Of a stretch of 45,403 nt of DNA, positions 1 to 7,659 are shown one piece after another. Made by a program: the position numbers and the translations under genes. Position 1 is the stretch's first letter. Each line of letters opens with the position of its first letter. Origin of the DNA: a virus; IMG/VR virus record IMGVR_UViG_3300009156_000009. One strand, given 5' to 3'. Below the pieces are notes generated by a model that was not told where the DNA came from, did not search any database, and saw nothing but the letters and a program-made list of their open reading frames with translations.

Positions 1-123
1 GGTCACACCTGATGCTCACGGGAACGTCAGTTGAGTAGGTGCGCGTCTCAGTCTTCGTTTGAACGCTCACTCGCGCTCCCGTGCTGGATCGGGCGCGTCA
101 CGATCCCGGTCTTGGTTCGAGAC
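1..123. repeat. Terminal direct repeat, copy 1. It is identical to 45281-45403, indicating a circular-assembly overlap or terminal redundancy.
   Basis: Direct comparison: bases 1-123 (ggtcacacctgatgctcacg...cttggttcgagac) are identical to the last 123 bases of the window. Confidence 0.95.
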
Positions 124-555
124 TTCGCTTGGACGCCACATCCCCTGCGGCCCGACCTTCTCCCCGTACTCATTGACCACGGTGGCAGGTATCCACTCAA
201 TCTCTGGTTCACTTGCTGGACTAGAGGCCGTGCCCGCCCAGATCAGGGCGTTACGCAAGCCGACGAACGAGGCCATGAACTCGTCGCGCGACCAGATTGC
301 GAACTCTCCATCGTTGGCGTCCTCGGCCCAGAGGTCGTACTCATGGAGAGTCTTCGCTGCCGCATCGCGTAGCGACTCGAACTGCTCAAAGAGGCCGTCC
401 ACGGCCTCGTCAGCCGCTCTGATCGCGTTCGCATGGGCGGCGGGCCAATCGCTACCGAACTCGTCCCGTAGTTGAGGGATCGTCCAGTGGCGAATCTGCC
501 GCTCACGCTCGACAGTGGCGCGGGGATCCGAATGTGGTTTGTGTTCCGTGGTCAC
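67..555 (-). CDS. Hypothetical early protein (162 aa) ending in an SNQD-type C-terminal cassette
   Basis: ORF-track ORF. The GTG start is preceded by GAGGAGAAGG and overlaps the upstream stop (GTGTGA). Third-position GC is high. No domain recognised. Confidence 0.6.
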   Translation of the reverse strand: MTTEHKPHSDPRATVERERQIRHWTIPQLRDEFGSDWPAAHANAIRAADEAVDGLFEQFESLRDAAAKTLHEYDLWAEDANDGEFAIWSRDEFMASFVGLRNALIWAGTASSPASEPEIEWIPATVVNEYGEKVGPQGMWRPSEVSNQDRDRDAPDPARERE

Positions 556-704
556 ACCTTCTCCTCGTCACAGATGACGGGCGGCCCCCAGGTGTGAGCC
601 GGCGTCTCGCGTCGGGCAACTTCCACGACGCCCGACTTCCACATCGTCACGAGAACCGTTCGGGCCTCGTTGACCCAGAGCCGATACTCCGGTTCCTTAG
701 ACAC
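552..704 (-). CDS. Possible small hypothetical protein (50 aa)
   Basis: Hand-translated and below the track size cutoff. The GTG at 704 lies 10 nt after the stop of the Rpf-like gene, and the stop overlaps the next start. No clear RBS. Confidence 0.25.
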   Translation of the reverse strand: MSKEPEYRLWVNEARTVLVTMWKSGVVEVARRETPAHTWGPPVICDEEKV

Positions 705-714
705 GTTCTGTTCG

Positions 715-1368
715 CTAGGCGCCACGGCACCCCCACCCGCTGAACCCATACCGCCGCCAGATCGCGAGCGCAACCTCGTATTGCTGGCGCGGAGTCGCGA
801 GGTACGCCTCGCTCGGGTACGGACTCGCCTTCGGATCGGCGTAGGGTACGAAGGCGTCCCAACTCGAGCGGTGGAAGCCGAACGCGCCCTGGTAGGTGCC
901 GCTGTTCCACGTCCACTGCCCCGGCCGGCGGCCGTAGCCCGTCTCGCAGGCTCCGATCCGCTGCCACTTGTCCGGTAGCCACACCTGCCAGGCGTAGTGG
1001 TAGCGGTGGTGTTGCCGGGCGATGGCGAGGTAGCGGGTGAGAGCTCGCCGCGCCATCTTCGCCCGCTGCTTCCACAGCCGCGCCAGGTAGTGCGCGTCGG
1101 CGCAGTTGCGGGGCTTGCGGGGGCGGAGGATGCGGCCCCCCGCCCCCATCTTCGCCCGATGCTCCGCGTAGCGCCCTCGGTAGAAGGCGAGACCACGGCG
1201 AGCGTCGGGACATTTCTCGGCCACCGCTGTATACGCAGCCACGCTGGATTCCGCCGCACTTTCCGCTTGCGCGTACTCGTCGCTTGTAACCGCTCCCCGG
1301 CTAAGGGGCGTAGTGGTGGCCGATCCTGCGATTCCTGTTCCTACGAGTGTCAAGACGATCGCGCTCAC
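715..1368 (-). CDS. Secreted or membrane-anchored Rpf-like (resuscitation-promoting-factor / lysozyme-like transglycosylase) protein
   Basis: The C-terminus reads WQRIGACETGYG..WTWNSGTYQGAFGFHRSSWDAF...QQYEVALAIW..GWGC, matching the Rpf pattern W..A.CES..W..N.G.Y.G.QF..sW...Q...A....G..W.C. The N-terminal hydrophobic segment is SAIVLTLVGTGIAGSA. The start is uncertain: the GTG at 1368 is chosen because the longer ORF to 1491 overlaps the upstream mini-genes. Confidence 0.7.
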   Translation of the reverse strand: MSAIVLTLVGTGIAGSATTTPLSRGAVTSDEYAQAESAAESSVAAYTAVAEKCPDARRGLAFYRGRYAEHRAKMGAGGRILRPRKPRNCADAHYLARLWKQRAKMARRALTRYLAIARQHHRYHYAWQVWLPDKWQRIGACETGYGRRPGQWTWNSGTYQGAFGFHRSSWDAFVPYADPKASPYPSEAYLATPRQQYEVALAIWRRYGFSGWGCRGA

Positions 1369-1379
1369 TATGACTCGGA

Positions 1380-1517
1380 TTACTCCCTCTCCTCTCGTGG
1401 CTCTCCCCCGTCTTCGGCCGAGGGTTGGTCGTGCGTCAGGTCCGCGATCACGAACCCCGCGAATGCGATGAGCAGGCCGAGCCCGATCCACTGCTCGACG
1501 ACGAGAGCGAGAATCAC
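1380..1517 (-). CDS. Mini membrane protein (45 aa, one TM segment, acidic tail)
   Basis: Hand-translated as VILALVVEQWIGLGLLIAFAGFVIADLTHDQPSAEDGGEPREERE. The GTG is preceded by GGAGGGAGGAAGA, and the start overlaps the upstream stop (GTGA). Confidence 0.45.
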   Translation of the reverse strand: MILALVVEQWIGLGLLIAFAGFVIADLTHDQPSAEDGGEPREERE

Positions 1518-1618
1518 TCTTCCTCCCTCCACGCCCGAGCGAACAGGCGAACGGTGTCTGCGGCCAACGCCCAGAACACGATGAAGAACACTATGACCAC
1601 GAGAGCGGTCAGAATCAC
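1514..1618 (-). CDS. Mini membrane protein (34 aa, one TM segment)
   Basis: Hand-translated and not in the track: VILTALVVIVFFIVFWALAADTVRLFARAWREEE. The GTG is preceded by GGAAGGA. It shares the same V-I-L opening as the next mini-gene. Confidence 0.4.
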   Translation of the reverse strand: MILTALVVIVFFIVFWALAADTVRLFARAWREEE

Positions 1619-1665
1619 TCCTTCCATGCATGTACCTATATCACAGGGGGAAGATGGAAGTCAAG

Positions 1666-1893
1666 CTAGAGATGGATGCGCCCGTTATGGACTCCATCGT
1701 GGCAGGGCCGGCACAGCCAGACGAGGTTACGGGCCTCGTCGTCACCGCCCCGCGAGCGGTAGCGGCGGTGGTGAGCATCGGTGCCGGGACGGAGCTCGCA
1801 CAGCTCGCACGGCTCCCCGGCGTGCTCGAGCCGGAAGCGCGCGAGCGCGTCAGGATCCCGAACGCGCTTTCGCGGCTTGGGATCCATAGTCAC
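1666..1893 (-). CDS. HNH endonuclease
   Basis: The 75-aa ORF carries CELC...DAHHRRYRSRGGDDEARNLVWLCRPCHDGVHNG, the classic HNH/zinc motif (HH..R..GG...N...LC..CH..H). Confidence 0.85.
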   Translation of the reverse strand: MTMDPKPRKRVRDPDALARFRLEHAGEPCELCELRPGTDAHHRRYRSRGGDDEARNLVWLCRPCHDGVHNGRIHL

Positions 1894-1990
1894 GGAAGTG
1901 CTCCCGGCAGAGCATGAAGCGTACGGTCCCGATGCATACAGACCAGGAATCCTCCTTGAGCGTGATCTTCTTCTCGCACACCGAGCACAC
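1850..1990 (-). CDS. Possible small zinc-ribbon protein (46 aa)
   Basis: Hand-defined from the tail of ORF 1850..2293: VCSVCEKK...VCIG...LCREH. Third-position GC is high in this frame and low in the competing ATG frame. It overlaps the HNH start by 44 nt. Confidence 0.35.
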   Translation of the reverse strand: MCSVCEKKITLKEDSWSVCIGTVRFMLCREHFRDYGSQAAKARSGS

Positions 1991-2015
1991 CCGCGTCTCG
2001 CCCGGTCCCCATGAG

Positions 2016-2300
2016 TTACGGGAGGGTGCGGCCACGCTTAGCGAGGTCGTAGGGGCCGCGGTCGATCTCTTCCAGCGACCCGTCTTCCAGGAGGTAGTGC
2101 GTCGGACGTGACAGGAACCTTCGGCGCTCGCGCTCACGGATACCGTGGCAGTGTTGAAGATTGTGTCTTGCCTCGCGCAGCGTGCGACAGGTTCCTCCAC
2201 GCGCGAACGCCCACCCGTCCTCGTACTCCCAGAAGTACCACCACTGGACGGCTTGCTCGTCCTGCCGCTTCGTTCCAACCCTGACGTAGCCAAGGCTCAC
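2016..2300 (-). CDS. Hypothetical protein (94 aa)
   Basis: ORF-track ORF. The GTG start overlaps the upstream stop (GTGA). Third-position GC is high. Confidence 0.55.
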   Translation of the reverse strand: MSLGYVRVGTKRQDEQAVQWWYFWEYEDGWAFARGGTCRTLREARHNLQHCHGIRERERRRFLSRPTHYLLEDGSLEEIDRGPYDLAKRGRTLP

Positions 2301-2764
2301 AGCGGCCTCTTACAGCACTCACAGAGGGAGGGGCTACGCGGCAGGGGAGTAGCCCCTCCCTCTCTGAGTGCATCGCGTAGCTGGTGATGGCTCAGGTTCT
2401 CGTCGGCAGCGCGCCGTAGCCACTCCTTCTGCTCAGGGGGATCAAGGGCAGCTACGGCGCGATGGTGTGACCAGGATAGGCCCTTGCGCCGGCGCGAGAA
2501 CGGCACCCGCCGGGACACGCGCGCGTACTCAAGCCGCGCGTCCTCGCTCAACTGCATCGCCTCGTACGCCTGCTCGCACTCCTCGCCGTACAACTCGGGA
2601 CCGACGAGGAGCGCGTCCCCGATGGCGAAGCGCACCGCCTCGTGGAAGCGGCCGAGCATCCAGCACAACTGCTCGAAGTCCTCGAAGGGCAGATGTGGAT
2701 CGCGGAGCTTGAGCCCGATGGAGGAGAGATCCCAGCCGCCGTTTCGCTCCGCGGGGACACTCAC
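2297..2764 (-). CDS. Hypothetical helical protein (155 aa), possibly DNA-binding
   Basis: ORF-track ORF with its start overlapping the upstream stop. The motif GLSWSHHRAVAAL..EQKEWL resembles phage or plasmid DNA-binding partner proteins. This is an unverified recollection. Confidence 0.55.
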   Translation of the reverse strand: MSVPAERNGGWDLSSIGLKLRDPHLPFEDFEQLCWMLGRFHEAVRFAIGDALLVGPELYGEECEQAYEAMQLSEDARLEYARVSRRVPFSRRRKGLSWSHHRAVAALDPPEQKEWLRRAADENLSHHQLRDALREGGATPLPRSPSLCECCKRPL

Positions 2765-2991
2765 TAGCTGAACTTCAGCGCGGTCTTCGTCTCGACTTCG
2801 ACCGTGACCGGCTTCCAGGAGCGGGCGGGGACGGCCACGAACGTACCTCCGAGCGTGTTCCCCTCCAGCCAGTGCTGAATCGCAGCTTTGGCGGAGCGCG
2901 CCTTGATCTCGAACTCGCTTTCTGCTCCCTGAGCTACGCGCGCCCAGGTGTTCTCATGGTCGATGTAGTGCAGCACTACATAGTCGGTCAT
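2764..2991 (-). CDS. Hypothetical protein (75 aa)
   Basis: An internal ATG of ORF 2764..3180 is preceded by GGAAAGGAACCCGC and overlaps the upstream stop (ATGA). Confidence 0.6.
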   Translation of the reverse strand: MTDYVVLHYIDHENTWARVAQGAESEFEIKARSAKAAIQHWLEGNTLGGTFVAVPARSWKPVTVEVETKTALKFS

Positions 2992-3308
2992 GCGGGTTCC
3001 TTTCCGTAGTGCTCGGTGAGGATGTCCAGCACGATCTGCCGCTGCGTGCGCACCTCCCCCACGATTGCCTGGAAGAGCTCCGGCTGGAGACGGAGGAACA
3101 TGCGGGTCGCCCCCTTGTCGTCTTCGCCCCGGTAGCCCTTCGTATTCACGGGCGGGCACTCGAGCCCGTAATGCGCGCACAGCGCCGCGCGGATGGTGTC
3201 CGCCAGGCTCAGGTTCTTCTCTTCTGCTTCCGCCGAGATCGCCTCCCGCATCCCCTCGGGGATGTCGTTCAGGAGGTAGGTCGGCCAGGTGGATACGGAT
3301 GCTCCCAT
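2988..3308 (-). CDS. Hypothetical protein (106 aa), possible ribbon-helix-helix-like DNA binder
   Basis: Uses the internal ATG (MGASVSTW...) of ORF 2988..3605. The upstream part of that ORF is Arg-rich and overlaps better-supported genes. NLSLADTIRAALCAHYGL is an Arc/CopG-like segment. Confidence 0.5.
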   Translation of the reverse strand: MGASVSTWPTYLLNDIPEGMREAISAEAEEKNLSLADTIRAALCAHYGLECPPVNTKGYRGEDDKGATRMFLRLQPELFQAIVGEVRTQRQIVLDILTEHYGKEPA

Positions 3309-3316
3309 GCGGCTGA

Positions 3317-3529
3317 CTATATCACCACCGGGAGCCAGGATCGGCAGCGCGTGCAGAAGGACTGATCCCCGTGAACGTAGGCGCGTACACGCTCCCCGCC
3401 GCAGTAGATCATCACGAACCTGCGGCGAGAGTGGCCGTTCGCGAAGCGCCGCGCCGTCCTCGAGGGGCGCCAGCGACCAGAGATCGCGGTCCCGCACCCG
3501 CACTCGCACACTCCCTCTAGCGCCCGCAT
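3317..3529 (-). CDS. Small zinc-binding protein (70 aa)
   Basis: Carries CECGCG....RFANGH plus C..C near the C-terminus. Third-position GC is high from the ATG at 3529 and low upstream of it. Confidence 0.5.
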   Translation of the reverse strand: MRALEGVCECGCGTAISGRWRPSRTARRFANGHSRRRFVMIYCGGERVRAYVHGDQSFCTRCRSWLPVVI

Positions 3530-3690
3530 TCGTCCAGAATCCGGAACGCCTCGTCCGAGATCTCGTCGATCCACAGATAGGGCTCGTTGAGGATGCGAAT
3601 GGCATCGCTCTTCTCCGCCTCGCTTGGTGGGTCGAGCGGCATGTGGTGGCGCCGGCGCAGGTAGCGCTCGTACACCGGGCGGCGTGGCAT
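3517..3690 (-). CDS. Hypothetical protein (57 aa)
   Basis: The ATG at 3690 lies 4 nt after the upstream stop, with GGAGA 9 nt upstream. It is part of ORF 3517..3711. Confidence 0.45.
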   Translation of the reverse strand: MPRRPVYERYLRRRHHMPLDPPSEAEKSDAIRILNEPYLWIDEISDEAFRILDECGR

Positions 3691-3694
3691 CTTG

Positions 3695-4069
3695 TCAGTC
3701 TCCGGAATCACGGCTCCCCCACAGGGTCGACATCAGCTTCTTGGCTTCCTTGAGGTTCTGCTCGCGGCGCGAACTCGGGAGCGGCTTGGGATTCGCGAAG
3801 CGCGCGCGAGGACGAGTCTCCTCATGTACGCGCTTCCAGTGCTTCGCGAGCGCGCTCGGCGTACAGAGCACGTCAGGCATGAGCGAGCGGTACAGCTTCG
3901 CCCGCTCGTGGATCTCCGCCGAGAGGAGGTAGGAGTCCTGTATCTCGGACTGCTCACGTATGGACTTCAGTGCTGCGTTTAGCTCTCCTCGTCCGGCTTG
4001 CATATCGGTAGCGGTGACTTCAGCCAACGCTTCGTATGCGTAGTCACGCTCACGCATCAGCGCCTCCAT
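3695..4069 (-). CDS. Hypothetical protein (124 aa)
   Basis: ORF-track ORF. The alternative ATG at 4057 has a better RBS (GGAGGCGCTG). Confidence 0.6.
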   Translation of the reverse strand: MEALMRERDYAYEALAEVTATDMQAGRGELNAALKSIREQSEIQDSYLLSAEIHERAKLYRSLMPDVLCTPSALAKHWKRVHEETRPRARFANPKPLPSSRREQNLKEAKKLMSTLWGSRDSGD

Positions 4070-4307
4070 TTCTCGCTCTGCTCGTCGCTGCCTTTCCTTT
4101 CTGCGCGGAGCCGAAGGCGTAGCGCGCCCGGTCCCACCCCGACCGTTCGCCGTCGTCGCTCAGTCTCGCCGCACGCGAAACACAGCCGCGTGGAGCCGAC
4201 GCAACGCTGGCGGTGCTATAGACAGCCGCCCGATGCGCTAGGATTTGTCCTGTTCGTAGGCGATACGAGCACCTTACTCCGGTTCGCGGCCGAGGGCAAG
4301 GTCTGCG

Positions 4308-4331
4308 AGGGGCTCTCATTCGGGAGCCCCT
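4308..4331 (-). terminator. GC-rich hairpin spanning the stop codon of gene 4316..4522, a possible intrinsic terminator
   Basis: The arm aggggctc (4308-4315) pairs with gagcccct (4324-4331) around an 8-nt loop. About 245 bp with no convincing ORF follows. There is no U-tract. Confidence 0.3.
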
Positions 4332-4522
4332 TCGCTTTCCAGGGTTGCTTGCGCCGGCGCGACGTGCGCGCGCAGGGCGGCGATGCAGGTCGAATGCGCG
4401 AGCGCGCCCGTCTGCCGCATCCCCGTCATCGCCTTGGCGCCGCGTGGGTTGACCCAGCCTTCGGCCTTCCGCCACGCCTCGCGCGGGTTCTCGATCGGCT
4501 GCTGACACAACTCGCAAAGCAT
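4316..4522 (-). CDS. Small Cys-containing protein (68 aa)
   Basis: The internal ATG is preceded by GGAGGAGGAGTG and overlaps the upstream stop. The protein starts MLCELCQQ and later contains HSTC. Confidence 0.55.
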   Translation of the reverse strand: MLCELCQQPIENPREAWRKAEGWVNPRGAKAMTGMRQTGALAHSTCIAALRAHVAPAQATLESEGAPE

Positions 4523-4767
4523 CACTCCTCCTCCAGTCTCATCCCGCAGCGTGGGCAGCGGGCGATCTTCGCTTGCGTCTCGGTGCGTGCGGTTCGGGGC
4601 GGGAGCTCGGGCGCCGGGAAGCGCTCCGCATACTCCTCCCGCAGCTTGCGCCGCTCGCGGTAGATCGGAGCCAGCCGTTCCTCGAGCGAGACGAGCGCGG
4701 CCCTCCACTCCTCCTGCGAGCAGAGGACCTCGCCCGTCTCCGGGTGGACGTACTCAGAAGGGGACAT
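4522..4767 (-). CDS. Hypothetical protein (81 aa) with a C-terminal CPRCG zinc-ribbon half-site
   Basis: ORF-track ORF with coiled-coil-like composition and high third-position GC. Confidence 0.6.
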   Translation of the reverse strand: MSPSEYVHPETGEVLCSQEEWRAALVSLEERLAPIYRERRKLREEYAERFPAPELPPRTARTETQAKIARCPRCGMRLEEE

Positions 4768-5293
4768 TCTCGCCCGTGGGATCGTCTCGCTCCGCGATCA
4801 CGCCCCGGTGCCACGCGAGCGCCAGGTGCATCGTCCGCTCGTGGAAGCGGTTCAGATCCTCGGTCGACGGATCGCTCGGGATGGTGTGCGTGAGCGCCGC
4901 CGCCGCCGTCTTGATGCAGGCCATCTTGTGAATGGCGGAGTCCTTCCGCTTCCAATCCTCCTTGCTCATCTTCTCTTCCGGCGGGGGAGTAGGGGCAGGC
5001 GCTCCCGCCGCAGCAGGAGCGCTTACAGCGCCTTCCTCGGCCGGTTCTGAGATCCACAGGCTGCGCACCTGCGCCCCGGAGTTGTTCTGCCAGTAGGAGG
5101 CGCTGCACACGAACGCCCCCTGCTGACCGAGCTTCTCGCTCAGACTCTCCACGAGCGCCTTGTCCTTCGTCCATAGGTTCTTCGTGTATTGCGAGCCCTC
5201 CGGCTTGACGGCTACTTGCCAGGTGTCGGGGCGCTTCTGTGTCACTCCCTCGATGACGCCGGCAACGATCTCGGTTTCCTTCTCTTCGCTCAC
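4754..5293 (-). CDS. Possible SSB-like single-stranded DNA-binding protein (179 aa)
   Basis: The GTG is preceded by CAAGGAGG. The protein has an N-terminal beta-rich region, a Pro/Ala linker, and a C-terminus DDPTGENVPF that resembles the acidic ...DDDIPF tip of SSBs. The function is only motif-level. Confidence 0.5.
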   Translation of the reverse strand: MSEEKETEIVAGVIEGVTQKRPDTWQVAVKPEGSQYTKNLWTKDKALVESLSEKLGQQGAFVCSASYWQNNSGAQVRSLWISEPAEEGAVSAPAAAGAPAPTPPPEEKMSKEDWKRKDSAIHKMACIKTAAAALTHTIPSDPSTEDLNRFHERTMHLALAWHRGVIAERDDPTGENVPF

Positions 5294-5505
5294 CTCAGTA
5301 CCTCCTTGAGCGATCGCCGCAGTTCCTCGCTCGGCGTTCCCGATGCGAGGTATTGATCGAGCGCGCTCCGTAGCTCCCGGCGCGCTCCCTCGGGGTTGCT
5401 CTTGATGATCGGGAGCACCTGCGCGATCGTGGTCGAGAGCACCGCGTTCCAGGTCGGGTGCGCCTGCCGGTACTCGTCCGGGATGAGGGAAAGAACGTCA
5501 GCCAT
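5290..5505 (-). CDS. Hypothetical protein (71 aa)
   Basis: The internal ATG is preceded by GGGAGGGCAAGTG. The start and stop overlap on both sides. Confidence 0.55.
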   Translation of the reverse strand: MADVLSLIPDEYRQAHPTWNAVLSTTIAQVLPIIKSNPEGARRELRSALDQYLASGTPSEELRRSLKEVLR

Positions 5506-5927
5506 CACTTGCCCTCCCGGTACACGTCCCACAGGTCGACGTGCGTAGAGTGGTGGCGCGGGTGCTTGGGATCGCTCCGCTCGTACGCTTCGCTCTCCGG
5601 GACACCCGCCGCCTCCAGTAGCTCCACGTCGCCCGGCTCGATGTGCTCGGCCAAGCCCTGAAGCTCCGCAAGCTCGCCGTAGCTGATTCGCTCCGCGCGC
5701 AGTTCTCCGCGCAGATACTCCAGGCGCTCCACTTCCTCCGCTCCGCGCTCGAAGATCCGCCGCACGCTCGCGGCCTCCTCCGCCCATGGCCCGATGACGT
5801 TCTGCGCCTCGCGCAGTAACTGCGTCGCGCAGTCCTGCACGTTGACGCGCAGGTGCCCCGCGTCCGTTCTCAGGACGAGGTAGAACCCGTCCTCGTCCGT
5901 CTCGATTCCGATCTCATATGCGCGCAT
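5505..5927 (-). CDS. Hypothetical acidic protein (140 aa)
   Basis: The ATG at 5927 lies 8 nt after GGAAGGAG. It is the first gene after an AT-rich intergenic gap. Confidence 0.6.
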   Translation of the reverse strand: MRAYEIGIETDEDGFYLVLRTDAGHLRVNVQDCATQLLREAQNVIGPWAEEAASVRRIFERGAEEVERLEYLRGELRAERISYGELAELQGLAEHIEPGDVELLEAAGVPESEAYERSDPKHPRHHSTHVDLWDVYREGK

Positions 5928-5957
5928 GGTGCCCACTCCTTCCGTAGTGTGTTAGAG

Positions 5958-5986
5958 AGTATATCGCTACTCGGACGTTCTATCTA
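5958..5986 (-). promoter_or_regulatory. Candidate sigma70/SigA-type promoter (minus strand)
   Basis: On the minus strand the sequence is TAGATA - 17 nt - TATACT, within a locally AT-rich stretch just upstream of gene 5505..5927. Confidence 0.3.
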
Positions 5987-6582
5987 CGTGATCTCAGCAA
6001 CCTCCCCGCATCGCTTACGTTTCGCGGGGACGGAAGCCAGGGACTGACTAGCCATTTCTGGCCCGTCTCGCCCTCGGTGTCCAGCACCCCGACGGGACAC
6101 TCGCTCCACTCGCCTTCGCGCCCCAGCGTCACGAGCGTGACTCCGACCGCCTCAGCGCTCGCGCAGGTGGCGACCAGCTCGAGCGTCCGGCCCTCCCCGC
6201 GGCAGATAGGGCAACGCTCCGAAGTCTGCACGCCGTACTCCACTTCCCAGCGTGCTAGCTGCATCGGATACGTACCGCGGCCCTTCCCCTCGCACTCGGC
6301 GCACTCGCACAGCCGGTACAGCCGGAAGCGTTGCTTCGGATCCCCGCGCCCGCTAAACTCGTCCCATGTGAGCGTGTCCGTGGGTGGCTCCGCCGTTACG
6401 TTACGTCTGGCGGCTACCTCTTTGCGCCACTGGTTCAGGTCGCGGCGGCGCATGATTGCGACCTCGCGCGTTTCCGCGTAGTAGTCGTCGCTGGCGCGGC
6501 CGTGCTTGTCTACCCAGCCCGTTTCCGGGTCCCACAACCCATAGTGGTTGTGCTTTGGATTGAACCGGATACGAACGCTCAC
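5980..6582 (-). CDS. Protein with two DnaJ-type CxxCxGxG zinc-finger motifs (200 aa)
   Basis: The GTG at 6582 is preceded by GGGGAGGTGGGGAAC and overlaps the upstream stop. The motifs are CECAECEGKGRG and CPICRGEGR. Confidence 0.6.
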   Translation of the reverse strand: MSVRIRFNPKHNHYGLWDPETGWVDKHGRASDDYYAETREVAIMRRRDLNQWRKEVAARRNVTAEPPTDTLTWDEFSGRGDPKQRFRLYRLCECAECEGKGRGTYPMQLARWEVEYGVQTSERCPICRGEGRTLELVATCASAEAVGVTLVTLGREGEWSECPVGVLDTEGETGQKWLVSPWLPSPRNVSDAGRLLRSRR

Positions 6583-6800
6583 GTTCCCCACCTCCCCGCT
6601 AGTTGCGTCCGCGTAAGCGCCCGGTAGCCGCGCAGGGCTCCAAGGTAGAACGCGCCCACGCCGTCGCGGTCGATTGTGTTGCGAACGAGCGCGCGCCATT
6701 CCTCGAGCCGGTCCGACGCGGGCGCGTGCTCGTGTAGATCATCTTCCGCGTACTGCTCTCCCCGCGCGTAGCCTGCCGCGTACCACTCCGCGCGCGTCAT
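6579..6800 (-). CDS. Hypothetical protein (73 aa)
   Basis: ORF-track ORF with ATGA start/stop overlap with the upstream gene. Confidence 0.55.
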   Translation of the reverse strand: MTRAEWYAAGYARGEQYAEDDLHEHAPASDRLEEWRALVRNTIDRDGVGAFYLGALRGYRALTRTQLAGRWGT

Positions 6801-7030
6801 GCGCTCACCATCCCGGTTTCGTCGTACTCCCAGTGGAAACCGCGCTCGGACATAACGCGCTGGAACGTGTCGAAGGCGTCGTAGGTGATGTCCAGCTCGA
6901 AGCCAAGCTCGGACACGTCAAAGAGCGTGTCCTCGTCGAAGTATGCGCGCCCCTCGTCCGTCGCGGGATATGCGTACCGCTGTCCGTACTCGTCCGCGCC
7001 AACGTAGAAGGCTGGATCTCCCAATGGCAT
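6797..7030 (-). CDS. Hypothetical acidic protein (77 aa)
   Basis: The ATG at 7030 follows GGAAGGAGTGAGCACG, within ORF 6797..7039. Confidence 0.55.
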   Translation of the reverse strand: MPLGDPAFYVGADEYGQRYAYPATDEGRAYFDEDTLFDVSELGFELDITYDAFDTFQRVMSERGFHWEYDETGMVSA

Positions 7031-7052
7031 CGTGCTCACTCCTTCCCGCCGC

Positions 7053-7253
7053 TTACGCGGCGCCCCGTAGGTGGTAGTAGACGCCGGCCTCCGTGATTCC
7101 GCCGCTCCGCGCGATCTGCGGCACGGTATGTACCTCGCGCGCCGCGCGGATAGCGGCGATATAGGCCGCGTGCGCGCGTGCGAGCTCGGCTTCCGCCGCG
7201 TCGCGTTCCTCGCGTGCGTGCTCGAGCGCGACTAGCAGCTCGGACGCGCTCAT
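7053..7253 (-). CDS. Small helix-turn-helix protein (66 aa)
   Basis: The ATG overlaps the upstream stop (TAATG). The C-terminus HTVPQIARSGGITEAGVYYHLRG is HTH-like. Confidence 0.5.
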   Translation of the reverse strand: MSASELLVALEHAREERDAAEAELARAHAAYIAAIRAAREVHTVPQIARSGGITEAGVYYHLRGAA

Positions 7254-7633
7254 TAGAGCCACCTATGCTTCAGCGCGTAGCCGCCATCGGGATCGAACGC
7301 AAGCGGCTCGTTGCGCCAGTAGCCTTCCGGCGTGTCGAATCCCTCCGGCCAGAGAACGCGGCCCAGGTTGTAGACGAGGTAGAAGCCCATGTCCATTCCC
7401 GCGCCGCTGATCTTGATACCGCCGCGGTCGCAGTCGAGCCGGTCGCCCATTGCGCGCGCGGCCAGCCAAGAGATATCGAAGGGCTCCCTGTCGTCGAGGA
7501 CGATCAGGCTGATACTCCGGCTCATGCCGGAGCGTGAGACGTGGCGCAGCACCGTGTAAACGGTGTCGCCAGGCTTGAGCATGTCGCGCAGCTTCGCGAC
7601 CGCTTCTCCATGCTCTGATGTTGCAACAGGCAT
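7253..7633 (-). CDS. Conserved-looking hypothetical protein (126 aa)
   Basis: The ATG is preceded by GGAAGGAGTGAC. It is the first gene downstream of the best promoter match in the window. Confidence 0.65.
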   Translation of the reverse strand: MPVATSEHGEAVAKLRDMLKPGDTVYTVLRHVSRSGMSRSISLIVLDDREPFDISWLAARAMGDRLDCDRGGIKISGAGMDMGFYLVYNLGRVLWPEGFDTPEGYWRNEPLAFDPDGGYALKHRWL

Positions 7634-7659
7634 GTCACTCCTTCCGCTCGATTACCTCA

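Noticed and set aside
2010-2012. ATG-initiated 40-aa ORF (MGTGRDAGVLG...) competing with the GTG-initiated zinc-ribbon ORF 1850..1990
   Set aside because: Third-position GC is only about 50% in that frame, compared with about 80% in the GTG frame.
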